From an uncultured Croceitalea sp. (GTDB lineage Bacteria > Bacteroidota > Bacteroidia > Flavobacteriales > Flavobacteriaceae), in NCBI RefSeq assembly GCF_947495075.1, contig NZ_CANLXH010000004.1: DNA of 64,000 nt; one strand, 5' to 3'. The first letter of the stretch is position 1. The number at the start of each line of letters is the position of its first letter. The position numbers and the translations under genes were made by a program. Below the pieces are notes generated by a model. The model was not told the DNA's origin and did no database searches. It saw only the letters and a list, made by a program, of their open reading frames with translations. Shown piece by piece: positions 28,881 through 39,578 of this stretch.

Positions 28881-29280
28881 AAATATTTTCGTGATAGATG
28901 ATGACTCTATAACATTATTTGGTGTAAGAAAAATGTTATCTAGAATAACTACTACTAGTAATGTTTTTGAGTTTAAAAATGGTCAAATGGCTATTGAAAC
29001 TATAAAAGAGCGTATTCTAAATAGCAATGCTTTACCAGAAGTGATTTTTCTAGATATAAACATGCCTATTTTAGATGGTTGGGGATTTTTAGAAGAATTT
29101 ATTCAGTTAAAAATAGAGCAAGGAATTTTAATAAATATCATCACTTCTTCTATTGATCCTAATGATAGAGAGAGATGGCTAAGTTTTAAGGATAAAACAC
29201 ATCATTATATAGATTTCGTGAATAAGCCTATTTATAAAATAGAACTAAAAGATTTACATAAAATGGACTTGGCTTCATAG
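28867..29280 (+). CDS. Single-domain response regulator
   Basis: IDDD, FLDINMP..DGW, NKP; start ATG 28867 overlaps the kinase stop. Confidence 0.88.
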   Translation: MRDIKNIFVIDDDSITLFGVRKMLSRITTTSNVFEFKNGQMAIETIKERILNSNALPEVIFLDINMPILDGWGFLEEFIQLKIEQGILINIITSSIDPNDRERWLSFKDKTHHYIDFVNKPIYKIELKDLHKMDLAS

Positions 29281-29339
29281 AAAGAAGTTTTACTTATTTT
29301 TGATTTGAAGTTTAGTAGTATTCAAATTAAAAAGCAGTA

Positions 29340-31112
29340 ATGAAAAATTACCTTTTCCTTATCCTATCTTTTATATTTATCGCTTGCGAAACTAAAGAAG
29401 AAGAAGAAAATATCTCCTTTAAAACTACATTTGAGCTCTCTAAAGGTAAAGAGACTGCAACGTATCACGAAACAATAGAGTTTTACCGCAGTTTAGCTAA
29501 AGAATATCCAGAAATTAATATACAATCTATTGGTGACACAGATAGCGGACTTCCACTCCATATTGTTACTTTTAATAAGGACGGTAATTTTAGTTTTGAA
29601 AGATTAAGGAAAGATAAAATATTAGTTCTCGTAAACAATGGTATTCATCCCGGTGAGAGTGATGGGATTGACGCTACAATGCTTCTGTTTCGGGATTTAG
29701 CACAAAATAAAATTGAAAACCCAAAAGATGTAATACTACTAACTATTCCAATTTATAATATTGGAGGTGCTTTAAATAGAAATTCTACCACCAGAGCTAA
29801 CCAGAACGGACCTGTTTCTTATGGCTTTAGAGGAAATGCTCAGAATTATGATTTAAATAGAGACTTTATTAAAGCAGATACTAAAAATGCTAAATCGTTT
29901 GCAGAAATTTTTCACCTTATAAAACCAGATATTTTTATCGATAATCATGTAAGTAACGGGGCCGATTATCAATATACGCTAACCCATCTTTTTACCCAAC
30001 ACAATAAATTAGGTGGTAAACTAGGAGATTACCTTAAGCAAGAGTTTCAACCAAAACTAGAGAATGCTTTAAAAAAAGAAAATTGGGATATTACTCCTTA
30101 TGTAAATGTTTTTAATAGACCGCCAGAAACTGGGTTTTCTCAATTCTTGGACTCCCCAAGGTATTCAACAGGTTATACTACACTATGGAATACAGTTGGT
30201 ATGATGGTAGAAACGCATATGCTTAAACCCTACAAAAAAAGAGTTGAAGGAACTTATGAATTAATGGTCCAAGCCATTAACCTTGCAAGCCAAGAAAAAG
30301 AAAAAATTAAAAAGCTTCGTAGTCAACAGTTTGAAAATATCTCCCAGTCCAAATATTACCATTTAAATTGGCAAATAGACACTACAAAAGCTAGTTCATT
30401 AAATTTTAAAGGTTATCAAGCAGATACTTTAACAAGTGAGGTTACCGGTTTATCCAGATTAAAATATAATCGCGATAAGCCTTTTACAAAAGAGGTGATG
30501 TATCAGAATTATTTTAAACCAAAGGATACTATAAAAATTCCTGCTGCTTACATTTTTAAGAAAGGATGGCATAAAGTGATAGAAAATCTAAAACATAATA
30601 AAATTGAATTTTTTGAATTAGAAAATGACACTACGCTTACTATAGAGACCTATAGAATTAACTCTTATCAGACAAGAAACAATGCTTACGAAGGACATTA
30701 TTCGCATTACAACACTAAAGTAGATAGCTACAAAAAGAATGTACATTTTTCAAAAGGAGATTTGATGGTACCTACCAATCAGTATGGAATTCGTTATCTC
30801 TTAGAGACTTTGGAACCACAGGCACCAGATTCTTTTTTTAATTGGAATTTCTTCGACACTGTATTACAACAAAAAGAAGGTTTTTCGCCCTATGTTTTTG
30901 AAGATGAAGTACTTAAAATACTTCAAAAAAATGAAGAATTAAGAACCAGCTTTCTCTTAAAGAAAGAAAAAGACGAACAATTTGCTGTAAATTGGTATGC
31001 GCAGTTAGATTGGATCTTTAAACAATCCAAACATTATGAAGACGTACATATGCAGTACCCTATTTATCGAATCTTGAAAGAAAGTGAAGCTGAAAAACTA
31101 TTATTGGATTAA
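29340..31112 (+). CDS. M14 family metallopeptidase lipoprotein
   Basis: Lipobox FIAC; GIHPGE, LNRDF, IDNH. Confidence 0.85.
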   Translation: MKNYLFLILSFIFIACETKEEEENISFKTTFELSKGKETATYHETIEFYRSLAKEYPEINIQSIGDTDSGLPLHIVTFNKDGNFSFERLRKDKILVLVNNGIHPGESDGIDATMLLFRDLAQNKIENPKDVILLTIPIYNIGGALNRNSTTRANQNGPVSYGFRGNAQNYDLNRDFIKADTKNAKSFAEIFHLIKPDIFIDNHVSNGADYQYTLTHLFTQHNKLGGKLGDYLKQEFQPKLENALKKENWDITPYVNVFNRPPETGFSQFLDSPRYSTGYTTLWNTVGMMVETHMLKPYKKRVEGTYELMVQAINLASQEKEKIKKLRSQQFENISQSKYYHLNWQIDTTKASSLNFKGYQADTLTSEVTGLSRLKYNRDKPFTKEVMYQNYFKPKDTIKIPAAYIFKKGWHKVIENLKHNKIEFFELENDTTLTIETYRINSYQTRNNAYEGHYSHYNTKVDSYKKNVHFSKGDLMVPTNQYGIRYLLETLEPQAPDSFFNWNFFDTVLQQKEGFSPYVFEDEVLKILQKNEELRTSFLLKKEKDEQFAVNWYAQLDWIFKQSKHYEDVHMQYPIYRILKESEAEKLLLD

Positions 31113-31697
31113 ATCATCTTTAAAAAGAAGTTTGATATTTAAGTAGGAGTTTTTTAGAGCTTTTTCAATCTTTTTAGAACCCTTCCATTTTACTTTAGTG
31201 ATTCCCTCTTCTTTTTGAGGGATTAATTCACCAGAAAAAGAGGTAGTCATATCAAACCAAACTACTTTTTTAAGACGATATTCTCCATTTCTTTTAAAAA
31301 TATGATAGGTGGTTTTAAGATAGTTTTTAATGACCAAATCTTGAACTCCAGTCTCTTCTTCAACCTCTCTAATTGCAGCTTTTTCAATAGACTCACCTTT
31401 GTCCAATTTACCTTTTGGCAAATCCCATTTATCATTTCTATAAATAAACAGCACTTTTCCTTTTTTATTCCTAACCATCCCTCCTGCTGCCACCACAATA
31501 GGGATTTTCATACTAAACTTCTCTAAAATTTCTTCAGAAGAGTCGTATATATAAGCAACTTTCAGTATTTTTTTTGATAAGGCAGTTATTGCATAATTAA
31601 TGTCATCATCTTCCATAAGGAAAACATTTCCAGTAATATTATCAGGTCTTTTATTTGTTAAAATCAGTGGAGATTCATTAACAAAAACTTTATACAT
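31101..31697 (-). CDS. NUDIX hydrolase
   Basis: WDLPKGKLDKGESIEKAAIREVEEETG Nudix box. Confidence 0.92.
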   Translation of the reverse strand: MYKVFVNESPLILTNKRPDNITGNVFLMEDDDINYAITALSKKILKVAYIYDSSEEILEKFSMKIPIVVAAGGMVRNKKGKVLFIYRNDKWDLPKGKLDKGESIEKAAIREVEEETGVQDLVIKNYLKTTYHIFKRNGEYRLKKVVWFDMTTSFSGELIPQKEEGITKVKWKGSKKIEKALKNSYLNIKLLFKDDLIQ

Positions 31698-31704
31698 TTG
31701 CGCA

Positions 31705-32346
31705 ATGATTTTAGATAAGAACAGTGCTAAAAAGACAGCTGAGCTATTGCTACAAATTAATGCAATTAAGTTGAAACCTGAAAATCCATTTACATGGGCA
31801 TCTGGTTGGAAGTCTCCAATTTATTGTGATAATAGAATAATATTATCGTATCCCCAAATCAGAAACTTTATTCGTGAGGAAATGGCCAAACAAGTAGAAA
31901 CTTTGTATGGCAAGCCAGACGTAATAGCTGGTGTAGCTACCGGCGCAATAGGTATAGGGATTCTAGTCGCAGAGGCATTAGGACTTCCGTTTATATATGT
32001 GAGACCAGAACCTAAATCTCATGGTAGACAAAATCAAGTGGAAGGTCATTTAGAATCCGGACAAAACATTGTTGTCATAGAGGATTTAATTAGTACGGGA
32101 AAAAGTAGTCTTAATGCGGTAAATGCTCTTAGAGATGCTGGTGCAAATGTGAAAGGTATGGTTGCTATTTTCACTTATGGATTTGATATTTCTACAGAAA
32201 ATTTTAAAAAAGAAAATATAGCATTGCATACTTTAAGCGATTACGATCATTTAATCCACCAAGCTTCTGAGACTAGTTATATTAAAGAAGAAAATTTACA
32301 AACCTTATTGCAATGGAAAATAAATCCAGAGCAATGGAAATCCTAA
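31705..32346 (+). CDS. pyrE: Orotate phosphoribosyltransferase
   Basis: WASGWKSPIYCDNR, VVIEDLISTGKS; start set to ATG 31705 (track start 31600 overlaps the NUDIX gene). Confidence 0.95.
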   Translation: MILDKNSAKKTAELLLQINAIKLKPENPFTWASGWKSPIYCDNRIILSYPQIRNFIREEMAKQVETLYGKPDVIAGVATGAIGIGILVAEALGLPFIYVRPEPKSHGRQNQVEGHLESGQNIVVIEDLISTGKSSLNAVNALRDAGANVKGMVAIFTYGFDISTENFKKENIALHTLSDYDHLIHQASETSYIKEENLQTLLQWKINPEQWKS

Positions 32347-32350
32347 TTCA

Positions 32351-32743
32351 ATGCATATAGAAGCAAATAAAAAAGTTGTTAAGAAAAGTGATAAAGAGGT
32401 ATTTGACTTTTTAATTGATGTTAAAAACTTCAAGGTTTTAATGCCGGAAAACATCGATAAGTTTGAAATCTTAGATGAAAATACTTTTAAATTTGCCCTA
32501 AGCGGAATGCCAGAAATAGTATTGCGTTTAAAAGAGCAATACTCAAATAAAAAGGTTGTTTTAGGTGCCGCAAGTGATAAATTACCGTTTACACTTACTG
32601 CAGACATCAAATCTTTAGAAGAAAATGAAAGCGAAGTTAGTCTTAGCTTCGAGGGAGAGTTTAATGCGATGATGGCGATGATGATAAAAAGTCCAATAAC
32701 AAAGTTTATGGAAACTTTGTCTGGCAATATGGATAAGATTTAA
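32351..32743 (+). CDS. SRPBCC/START-like fold small protein
   Basis: VFDFL.D..NF..LMP; FNAMMAMMIK.P. Confidence 0.65.
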   Translation: MHIEANKKVVKKSDKEVFDFLIDVKNFKVLMPENIDKFEILDENTFKFALSGMPEIVLRLKEQYSNKKVVLGAASDKLPFTLTADIKSLEENESEVSLSFEGEFNAMMAMMIKSPITKFMETLSGNMDKI

Positions 32744-33463
32744 TTAGTAGAGAAGTTTAATCTCTTTTAAATCATATTTACTTATCATTTTATCTTCAAG
32801 TTCAACCAATAATCTTCCAGCAGCATCAACACCGCGTATAATTCCAACAAATTTTTCACGCTTAGTGTCGCTAAAAGTAGACGGCTTATCTATTCTAAAT
32901 AATATTTTTAAATATTTACTTTTTAAGTCATCAGCTGATAATCTAAAGTAATATTTAAGTTTTTCTAAGATTTTATTGGTGAGGTCGTTTAATTCTAAAT
33001 TTTGTCCTAATAAAAGCTTTAATGAACTTACTTTTTCCAAAGTACCAAAATTGGTTTGGTTAACATTTAAACCTATTCCTAAAATAGTGGAGCGGATTAA
33101 GTTACCTTTTAAAATATTTTCAATAAGAATTCCACATATTTTATGGTTTCCTGACAGAATGTCGTTAGGCCATTTTACACTTAAATTTGGTATTGCCATT
33201 TCATACAAAACGTCATATATAGCCAAGGAAACAACACAGTTTAAATTAAACTGGTTTTGAATATGAAAATCAGTTAAGTTTTTTAAAATACTGATGGTTA
33301 AGTTTTTACCTTTTTCAGAGTGCCAATTAGAACCCATCTGCCCTCTACCTTTTAACTGCAGTTCTGTAGATACAATAGTAAAGTCTTCTATGCTTTGTGA
33401 CAATGCCAACTCTTTTAAATAAAGATTGGTAGAATCCGTGGCATTAAGTTTGATTATAGACAT
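32744..33463 (-). CDS. birA: Biotin--acetyl-CoA-carboxylase ligase (no HTH)
   Basis: DSTN, Q.KGRGQ, VKWPNDI, KICGILIE. Confidence 0.93.
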   Translation of the reverse strand: MSIIKLNATDSTNLYLKELALSQSIEDFTIVSTELQLKGRGQMGSNWHSEKGKNLTISILKNLTDFHIQNQFNLNCVVSLAIYDVLYEMAIPNLSVKWPNDILSGNHKICGILIENILKGNLIRSTILGIGLNVNQTNFGTLEKVSSLKLLLGQNLELNDLTNKILEKLKYYFRLSADDLKSKYLKILFRIDKPSTFSDTKREKFVGIIRGVDAAGRLLVELEDKMISKYDLKEIKLLY

Positions 33464-33529
33464 ATGACAAGAGTAAACTTAATATTCAATGTAATGTTAA
33501 ATACTCAGGGCGACAAAACAAAAAAACAA

Positions 33530-33537
33530 TAACTTTG
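33530..33537 (+). promoter_or_regulatory. -7 promoter box for the rsfS-ftsH operon
   Basis: TAACTTTG 20 nt upstream of the rsfS ATG. Confidence 0.5.
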
Positions 33538-33557
33538 TAGAAACCTAAAATTACTGA

Positions 33558-33935
33558 ATGCAGAAAAACAAAGCTAGCGCAGATGAACTAATATCCTTAA
33601 TTATACATGGTATAGAAGAAGTTAAAGGCGTAGATATAAATCTACTTGACTTAAGGGAAATAGAAAATACAGTTTGCGACTACTTTATTATCTGCAATGG
33701 TACATCTAACACTCACGTTAACGCTATTACATCTTCGATACAAAAAACAGTAAGCAAAGCAATAAAAGATAAGCCTTGGCATGTAGAAGGTTCTGAAAAT
33801 GCGGAATGGGTTTTAATGGATTATGTTAATGTGGTAGTACATGTATTTCAAAAACAAATTAGGGACTTTTACGACATTGAAGGACTCTGGGGAGACGCTA
33901 AAGTTACCATAGTAGAGAGTAGTTATAATCAATAA
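33558..33935 (+). CDS. rsfS: Ribosome silencing factor
   Basis: DYFIICNG.S..HV, W.LMDY..VVVHVF...R.FYDIE.LW. Confidence 0.95.
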   Translation: MQKNKASADELISLIIHGIEEVKGVDINLLDLREIENTVCDYFIICNGTSNTHVNAITSSIQKTVSKAIKDKPWHVEGSENAEWVLMDYVNVVVHVFQKQIRDFYDIEGLWGDAKVTIVESSYNQ

Positions 33936-33940
33936 AAAAA

Positions 33941-35914
33941 ATGGCAAAAGACAATAATACAAATAACCCAAAGAAACCTCGTTTTAGTTCATGGTGGATA
34001 TACGGCGTAGTGCTGGCACTAATCATTGGTTTTCAATTTTTGGGTAGCAGTGCATTTTCAAGTACTGAGAAAACCACGACTTCTGAGCTTCGTGTATTTT
34101 TAAGAAATGGTGATATCAAAAAGATAATTGTCATTAAAAATCTTGGACAGGCAAAAGTTTTCTTAACAGAAGCTGCGCTTTCTAAACAAGTACATGCAAA
34201 GGTTAATGAAAAACCTTTAATTCCATATACTGGCGTAGTACCTCAATATATTTTGGAGTATGGTGATTTACAAATCTTCCAAAATGAAATTGATGAAATA
34301 AAAGCCGAGAATAGTTTAGAAACTATCGTTGAGTTTGATACAGAACAAAACTATTTTGGTGATGTAATATCTTTTGTACTTCCATTTGTGCTAATTATCG
34401 GAATATGGATATACTTAATGCGCAGAATGTCTGGCGGCGCTGGAGGCGGTGCCGGAGGGCAGATTTTTAACATTGGAAAATCAAAAGCTAAACTTTTTGA
34501 TGAAAAAACAGATACAAGAACATCTTTTAAAGATGTAGCTGGCTTGGAAGGTGCTAAAGAAGAAGTACAGGAAATTGTAGAATTCTTAAAAAATCCTGAC
34601 AAGTACACTTCTTTAGGAGGTAAAATACCCAAAGGAGCCCTTCTAGTAGGTCCTCCAGGAACTGGTAAAACACTTCTAGCTAAGGCGGTAGCAGGTGAAG
34701 CTAAAGTACCTTTCTTTTCACTTTCAGGTTCTGACTTTGTAGAGATGTTTGTTGGTGTAGGAGCTTCTAGAGTTCGTGACTTATTCAAACAGGCAAAAGA
34801 TAAATCTCCTGCAATCATTTTTATAGATGAAATAGATGCTATAGGTCGTGCAAGAGGTAAAAATAATTTTACCGGGTCAAATGATGAACGTGAAAATACA
34901 TTAAATCAGTTATTAACTGAAATGGATGGTTTTGGTACTAATACAAATGTAATCGTACTAGCTGCAACAAACAGAGCAGACGTTTTAGATAAAGCTTTAA
35001 TGCGCGCTGGACGTTTTGATAGGCAGATTTATGTTGATTTACCAGACATAAGGGAACGTAAAGAAATTTTCGAAGTACATCTACGTCCAATTAAAACAGC
35101 TGAAACTTTAGATTTAGAGTTTTTAGCTAAACAAACTCCAGGGTTCTCTGGTGCAGATATTGCTAATGTTTGTAATGAAGCAGCCTTAATCGCAGCAAGA
35201 AAAGAGAAAAAAGCTGTTAATAAACAAGACTTCTTAGATGCTGTAGATAGGATTGTTGGTGGGCTAGAGAAAAAGAATAAAATTATTACTCAAGAAGAGA
35301 AGAAAACTATTGCTTTCCATGAAGCTGGCCATGCAACTGTTAGTTGGATGTTAGAACATGCAGCACCACTAGTTAAGGTAACTATTGTGCCTCGAGGTCA
35401 ATCTCTAGGTGCAGCTTGGTATTTACCTGAAGAACGCTTAATTGTTAGGCCAGACCAGATGTTAGACGAAATGTGTGCCACTATGGGTGGTCGTGCTGCA
35501 GAGAAAGTTATGTTTAATAAGATTTCTACTGGAGCATTAAGTGATTTAGAAAAAGTTACCAAGCAGGCTCGTGCTATGGTTACTATTTATGGTCTTAACG
35601 AAGAATTAGGTAATATCACTTATTATGATTCTTCTGGTCAAAATGAATATGGTTTCACCAAGCCATATAGTGAAGAGACAGCACAAAAAATCGACGAAGA
35701 AATTTCTAAGATTATTGAAGAACAATATAAGCGCGCTATTAATTTGTTAGACAAAAACAAAGACAAGTTAACAGAGCTTGCAGAACGCCTTCTAGAGAAA
35801 GAAGTCATTTTTAAAGATGATTTGGAGAAGATATTTGGAAAAAGGCCTTTTGAAAAAGCAGCTTTAGTAGAAGAACCAGTAGTAGAAGCTACTACTGAAG
35901 AAGAAAGTAAATAA
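33941..35914 (+). CDS. ftsH: ATP-dependent zinc metalloprotease FtsH
   Basis: Two [29 protein letters not shown]. Confidence 0.97.
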   Translation: MAKDNNTNNPKKPRFSSWWIYGVVLALIIGFQFLGSSAFSSTEKTTTSELRVFLRNGDIKKIIVIKNLGQAKVFLTEAALSKQVHAKVNEKPLIPYTGVVPQYILEYGDLQIFQNEIDEIKAENSLETIVEFDTEQNYFGDVISFVLPFVLIIGIWIYLMRRMSGGAGGGAGGQIFNIGKSKAKLFDEKTDTRTSFKDVAGLEGAKEEVQEIVEFLKNPDKYTSLGGKIPKGALLVGPPGTGKTLLAKAVAGEAKVPFFSLSGSDFVEMFVGVGASRVRDLFKQAKDKSPAIIFIDEIDAIGRARGKNNFTGSNDERENTLNQLLTEMDGFGTNTNVIVLAATNRADVLDKALMRAGRFDRQIYVDLPDIRERKEIFEVHLRPIKTAETLDLEFLAKQTPGFSGADIANVCNEAALIAARKEKKAVNKQDFLDAVDRIVGGLEKKNKIITQEEKKTIAFHEAGHATVSWMLEHAAPLVKVTIVPRGQSLGAAWYLPEERLIVRPDQMLDEMCATMGGRAAEKVMFNKISTGALSDLEKVTKQARAMVTIYGLNEELGNITYYDSSGQNEYGFTKPYSEETAQKIDEEISKIIEEQYKRAINLLDKNKDKLTELAERLLEKEVIFKDDLEKIFGKRPFEKAALVEEPVVEATTEEESK

Positions 35915-35938
35915 AAATATATATTTTCTGCTACGATA

Positions 35939-36547
35939 ATGGGAGTTTTTGGTAAGCTTTTTGGAGGAGGAAAAAAGGTTTCTAAAGAAACTACAGAAAC
36001 CAGAGGAGAGCATATGCCTGATCTTAAAATTCCTGTGGATGAAAAATTTACTATCTATTTTAAAAAGAATGGAGGTAAATTTATTTACTGTGAAAATTTT
36101 TCTGAAATACAAGGAGCACTTGCGAACATCATCTCAGAAAATAACTGGAAGAACAAATTCTTTTATTGTATTGACGAAAGACTAGAAAAACGTTTTTCTA
36201 AAGAAAAAATGTTATTCACCAACAAAAGAAAAGACAGTGATGTTTTTTTTACTACTTGTGAGCATTTAATAGCACATAATGGCTCTATTCTAGTTTGTTC
36301 TAACCAGATTGAAGAAAAAAAGCTAAATGAACTACCCTCTAATCTTATTGTATTTGCTACAACCAGTCAACTTGTAGATTCTATTAGTGAAGCACTAAAA
36401 ATTATCAAAAAGAAATACGCCAAGAAAATTCCCGATAATATTACAACGCTAAAACACTTTCAATTAACAGCAGAAAACAAAAATGATTTTCTTTCTTACG
36501 GAAGTGCCTCAAAAAATGTATATCTTTTGCTTTTAGAAGACTATTAG
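35939..36547 (+). CDS. LUD (LutC-like) domain protein
   Basis: F.T.CE.LIA..GSI, LP...IV.A..SQ. Confidence 0.6.
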   Translation: MGVFGKLFGGGKKVSKETTETRGEHMPDLKIPVDEKFTIYFKKNGGKFIYCENFSEIQGALANIISENNWKNKFFYCIDERLEKRFSKEKMLFTNKRKDSDVFFTTCEHLIAHNGSILVCSNQIEEKKLNELPSNLIVFATTSQLVDSISEALKIIKKKYAKKIPDNITTLKHFQLTAENKNDFLSYGSASKNVYLLLLEDY

Positions 36548-36550
36548 TAA

Positions 36551-37354
36551 ATGAAAGAAATTTTAAGAAGAGCTCTAACTGGCGTTCTCTATGTTATCTT
36601 ATTACTTTCTGCAATTTTTTTAAATTCAGACGCCTTTGATTTTTTGTTTATGGTGTTTGGTTTAGCTTGTCTTTATGAATTTAAGAGGCTTACCCATTTA
36701 AAAGGATATTATATATTCATTGCTTATTTGGGGTTATGGTGGGCTTATATTTATTTAGTTTCAGATAAAGCACTAATAACCCTATTAATGCTCTTCACAA
36801 TAACTATAAACCTTGCTTTACTAGCCTTTCTATTTTCAAAAAAAGAAAAGTCTTTTAACACACTGCAAAAGTTTGTTATTGCACTTTTTTATATTGGAGG
36901 TGGTTGTATTTTTTTAACGATGATACCCTATAAAAATAATGATTTCGCCCAGTTTTTAATTATGGGAATTTTCATTTTAATCTGGGTAAGTGATACTTTT
37001 GCATATCTGGTAGGTAAAAGTATAGGCAGAACAAAGTTATATCCGTCAATATCCCCAAAGAAAACAGTTGAAGGTGCTCTTGGCGGGTTGATTTTTGCAT
37101 TAGTAGCTGCTTACTTTTTAGCGCAATATGAAACTACTTTAACTCTAAACCAATGGTTTATTTTAGCAACAGTCATTGTTATAACTGGTGGTTTAGGAGA
37201 TTTATTAGAGTCTAAATTTAAACGTATGGCAGGTGTAAAAGATAGTGGCGCAATTTTACCAGGACATGGCGGTATATTAGATAGATTAGATAGTTTAGTA
37301 TTTGCAGCACCATTTGCGTATTTGACGTTAAACTTATTTTCTTATGTTTCATAA
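36551..37354 (+). CDS. cdsA: Phosphatidate cytidylyltransferase
   Basis: DTFAYLVG, ISPKKTVEG, GDL.ES.FKR..GVKDSG..LPGHGG.LDR.DS. Confidence 0.95.
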   Translation: MKEILRRALTGVLYVILLLSAIFLNSDAFDFLFMVFGLACLYEFKRLTHLKGYYIFIAYLGLWWAYIYLVSDKALITLLMLFTITINLALLAFLFSKKEKSFNTLQKFVIALFYIGGGCIFLTMIPYKNNDFAQFLIMGIFILIWVSDTFAYLVGKSIGRTKLYPSISPKKTVEGALGGLIFALVAAYFLAQYETTLTLNQWFILATVIVITGGLGDLLESKFKRMAGVKDSGAILPGHGGILDRLDSLVFAAPFAYLTLNLFSYVS

Positions 37355-38009
37355 AGAAGGACAGACAATTATTCTTGTTACATTTTTTATTACTGTTGGC
37401 ATTATCTTGGCTTCACAATTTTATGTAGGGGTTGAATGGCTAAAAGTCTTATTACAAATAACCGCGCTATTAATTCTTATATTAATTCTACAGTTCTTTA
37501 GAAATCCAAAACGTTTAGTTACTCCAGATTTTGATGAGATTCTGGCCCCTGTAGACGGTAAAGTTGTTGTAATTGAAGAAGTTGAAGAAAACGAGTATTT
37601 TAGAGAAAAGAGGAAGCAAGTTTCCATTTTTATGTCTCCTTTAAACGTACATGTAACTAGATATGCTTCAAGTGGCACTATTACATATTCTAAATATCAT
37701 CCTGGTAAATATTTAGTTGCTTGGCATCCAAAATCTAGTACCGAAAATGAACGTACTACCGTAGTTATTCATACTCCTAAATTTGGAGAAATATTATACC
37801 GTCAAATTGCTGGAGCTTTAGCTAGGAGAATAGTAAATTATGCCGAAGAAGGTGAGCAGGTTACTCAAGGCGAAGATGCTGGTTTCATAAAGTTTGGGTC
37901 TAGAGTTGATTTATTTCTTCCTCTAAATGCTGAAATAACAGTAGATTTAAACCAAAAAGTCATAGGAGCTAAAACTTGTATTGCAACCCTTAAAAACGAA
38001 GATGGGTAG
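37344..38009 (+). CDS. psd: Phosphatidylserine decarboxylase proenzyme
   Basis: FFRNP, APVDGKV, IFMSPLNVH, RQIAG, KFGSRVD cleavage motif. Confidence 0.93.
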   Translation: MFHKEGQTIILVTFFITVGIILASQFYVGVEWLKVLLQITALLILILILQFFRNPKRLVTPDFDEILAPVDGKVVVIEEVEENEYFREKRKQVSIFMSPLNVHVTRYASSGTITYSKYHPGKYLVAWHPKSSTENERTTVVIHTPKFGEILYRQIAGALARRIVNYAEEGEQVTQGEDAGFIKFGSRVDLFLPLNAEITVDLNQKVIGAKTCIATLKNEDG

Positions 38010-38268
38010 CGAAAAAGTAAATAGAAAATTTGAGGAAGCTGTTGAATTCGTGAATAGCTACTCAGAACCTTTGCCTGCGGATTTACTTCTAAAATTATAC
38101 GCTTACTATAAAATTGCAAAAAAGAATTTTGACAACCCAGGTAGTAAGACACCATTAATTAATGCATTTAAAGCAAACGCACTTATACAAGCTAAAAACA
38201 TTAGCCGCAAAGAAGCTATGAAAAAGTATATTGAATTGGTAGATAACTCAATAAGGAAAGCCAAATAA
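38002..38268 (+). CDS. Acyl-CoA-binding protein (ACBP-like)
   Basis: FEEAV.FV, LLKLYAYYK.A, A.KKYIELV; start ATG 38002 overlaps the psd stop. Confidence 0.8.
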   Translation: MGSEKVNRKFEEAVEFVNSYSEPLPADLLLKLYAYYKIAKKNFDNPGSKTPLINAFKANALIQAKNISRKEAMKKYIELVDNSIRKAK

Positions 38269-38277
38269 GCTTTATGT

Positions 38278-39528
38278 TCATAAGTCTTCTTTTTCAAAAT
38301 AGGTAAAGTACACACTAAAAAGAATAGTGATTAAAAAATATAGACCTACAACATAGCTCCCTAAAGCAAAATAATTATTTAACCCAAACCAATCTTCAGT
38401 TAAATATAAAACCATAAAACCACATATTCCTCTGGTGATTTCTACCCAAACGGCATATAATTTTCTATCCATTAAACTGGTGTATCCAAAGATTCCAATA
38501 AATACAAAAGCGCTATATAGAAGTAAACTATCAAAATTATTTTCTGAATAATTATAAAGCATAAACAATAAGAAAGAAGTATTCGCTAGAAGTTGAAATA
38601 TGGCATAACCTTTAAGAAAAATTGAACTCTTGGGCTTATATCTATTAAAATTATACACGTCTTTGACAACAGCGATTGGGAATTTTTCTTTAACATCTGC
38701 AGGTCGCCAACCGGTGGGCATAAACCAAATACGTAATTTATCCCATAAGCTTTTTGTTCTCCATGCATCCTTAAGTAACCTCCAAAAGTGTTGAAAATTA
38801 ATAAGGATAGGATTCCATGTAGCTGCAGGTTTTAAAACTCCATATTGTGGGGGCACAGTTTTAAGTTCTTCTTGAAAAGTCCCAAATAGCCTATCCCAAA
38901 TGCTTAAAATCTGACCAAGATTTTTATCAATATATTCTGGATTAATTGCATGATGTACTCTGTGTTGCGATGGCGTTACAATAATATACTCTAACCATCC
39001 CATCTTACCAATATGTTGTGTATGATACCAAAATTGAGCAAATAAGTGAATTGGAGCTAAAATTGCAATAACCTTATTGGGAACTCCCAATATAGCCGCA
39101 GGAAGTAATAAAAGTGCAAAATAACCAATCAGATTAGAAATAGATTGTCTTAGTGCACATGCTAGATTAAATTCTTCGCTACTATGATGGATTACATGTT
39201 GATTCCAAAAAATATTAACATGATGACTTAAACGATGATTCCAATAACCAGCAAAATCGATTGTTATGAAAGCAACTAACCAAACCAACCAAGTTGTATT
39301 AATTTTAAAAAGTGCAAGGTTTTCTACTAAGTAAGGATAACTAATTAATACTAAAACTAGACCTAAGGAATCCTTAATAATATTAGTAAGCCCAGAACTA
39401 AGACTACTAACAGTATCCATAACATTATGCTTTTGCTTCTTCACTAAAGCTCCATAGAATACTTCAACAAGAACTAAACCTGTAAAGAAAGGGATTGCAT
39501 AAAGCAGAGCATTAGTATAAGTTTCCAT
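38278..39528 (-). CDS. Sterol desaturase/fatty-acid hydroxylase family, alkylglycerol monooxygenase-like
   Basis: His boxes NHRLSH, HVIHHSSEE, WYHT, HRVHH; C-terminal TM extension. Confidence 0.8.
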   Translation of the reverse strand: METYTNALLYAIPFFTGLVLVEVFYGALVKKQKHNVMDTVSSLSSGLTNIIKDSLGLVLVLISYPYLVENLALFKINTTWLVWLVAFITIDFAGYWNHRLSHHVNIFWNQHVIHHSSEEFNLACALRQSISNLIGYFALLLLPAAILGVPNKVIAILAPIHLFAQFWYHTQHIGKMGWLEYIIVTPSQHRVHHAINPEYIDKNLGQILSIWDRLFGTFQEELKTVPPQYGVLKPAATWNPILINFQHFWRLLKDAWRTKSLWDKLRIWFMPTGWRPADVKEKFPIAVVKDVYNFNRYKPKSSIFLKGYAIFQLLANTSFLLFMLYNYSENNFDSLLLYSAFVFIGIFGYTSLMDRKLYAVWVEITRGICGFMVLYLTEDWFGLNNYFALGSYVVGLYFLITILFSVYFTYFEKEDL

Positions 39529-39578
39529 TTCCTAAAGATAAAAAATCAACTAAAACGGTATTTTAACAAGGACTAATC

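Noticed and set aside
31600-31704. Long N-terminal extensions in the track for pyrE, and similarly for rhodanese (3390), the response regulator (28795), ACBP (37981) and DUF1573 (54139)
   Set aside because: They overlap neighbouring genes or promoters; internal ATGs match family N-termini and signal peptides.
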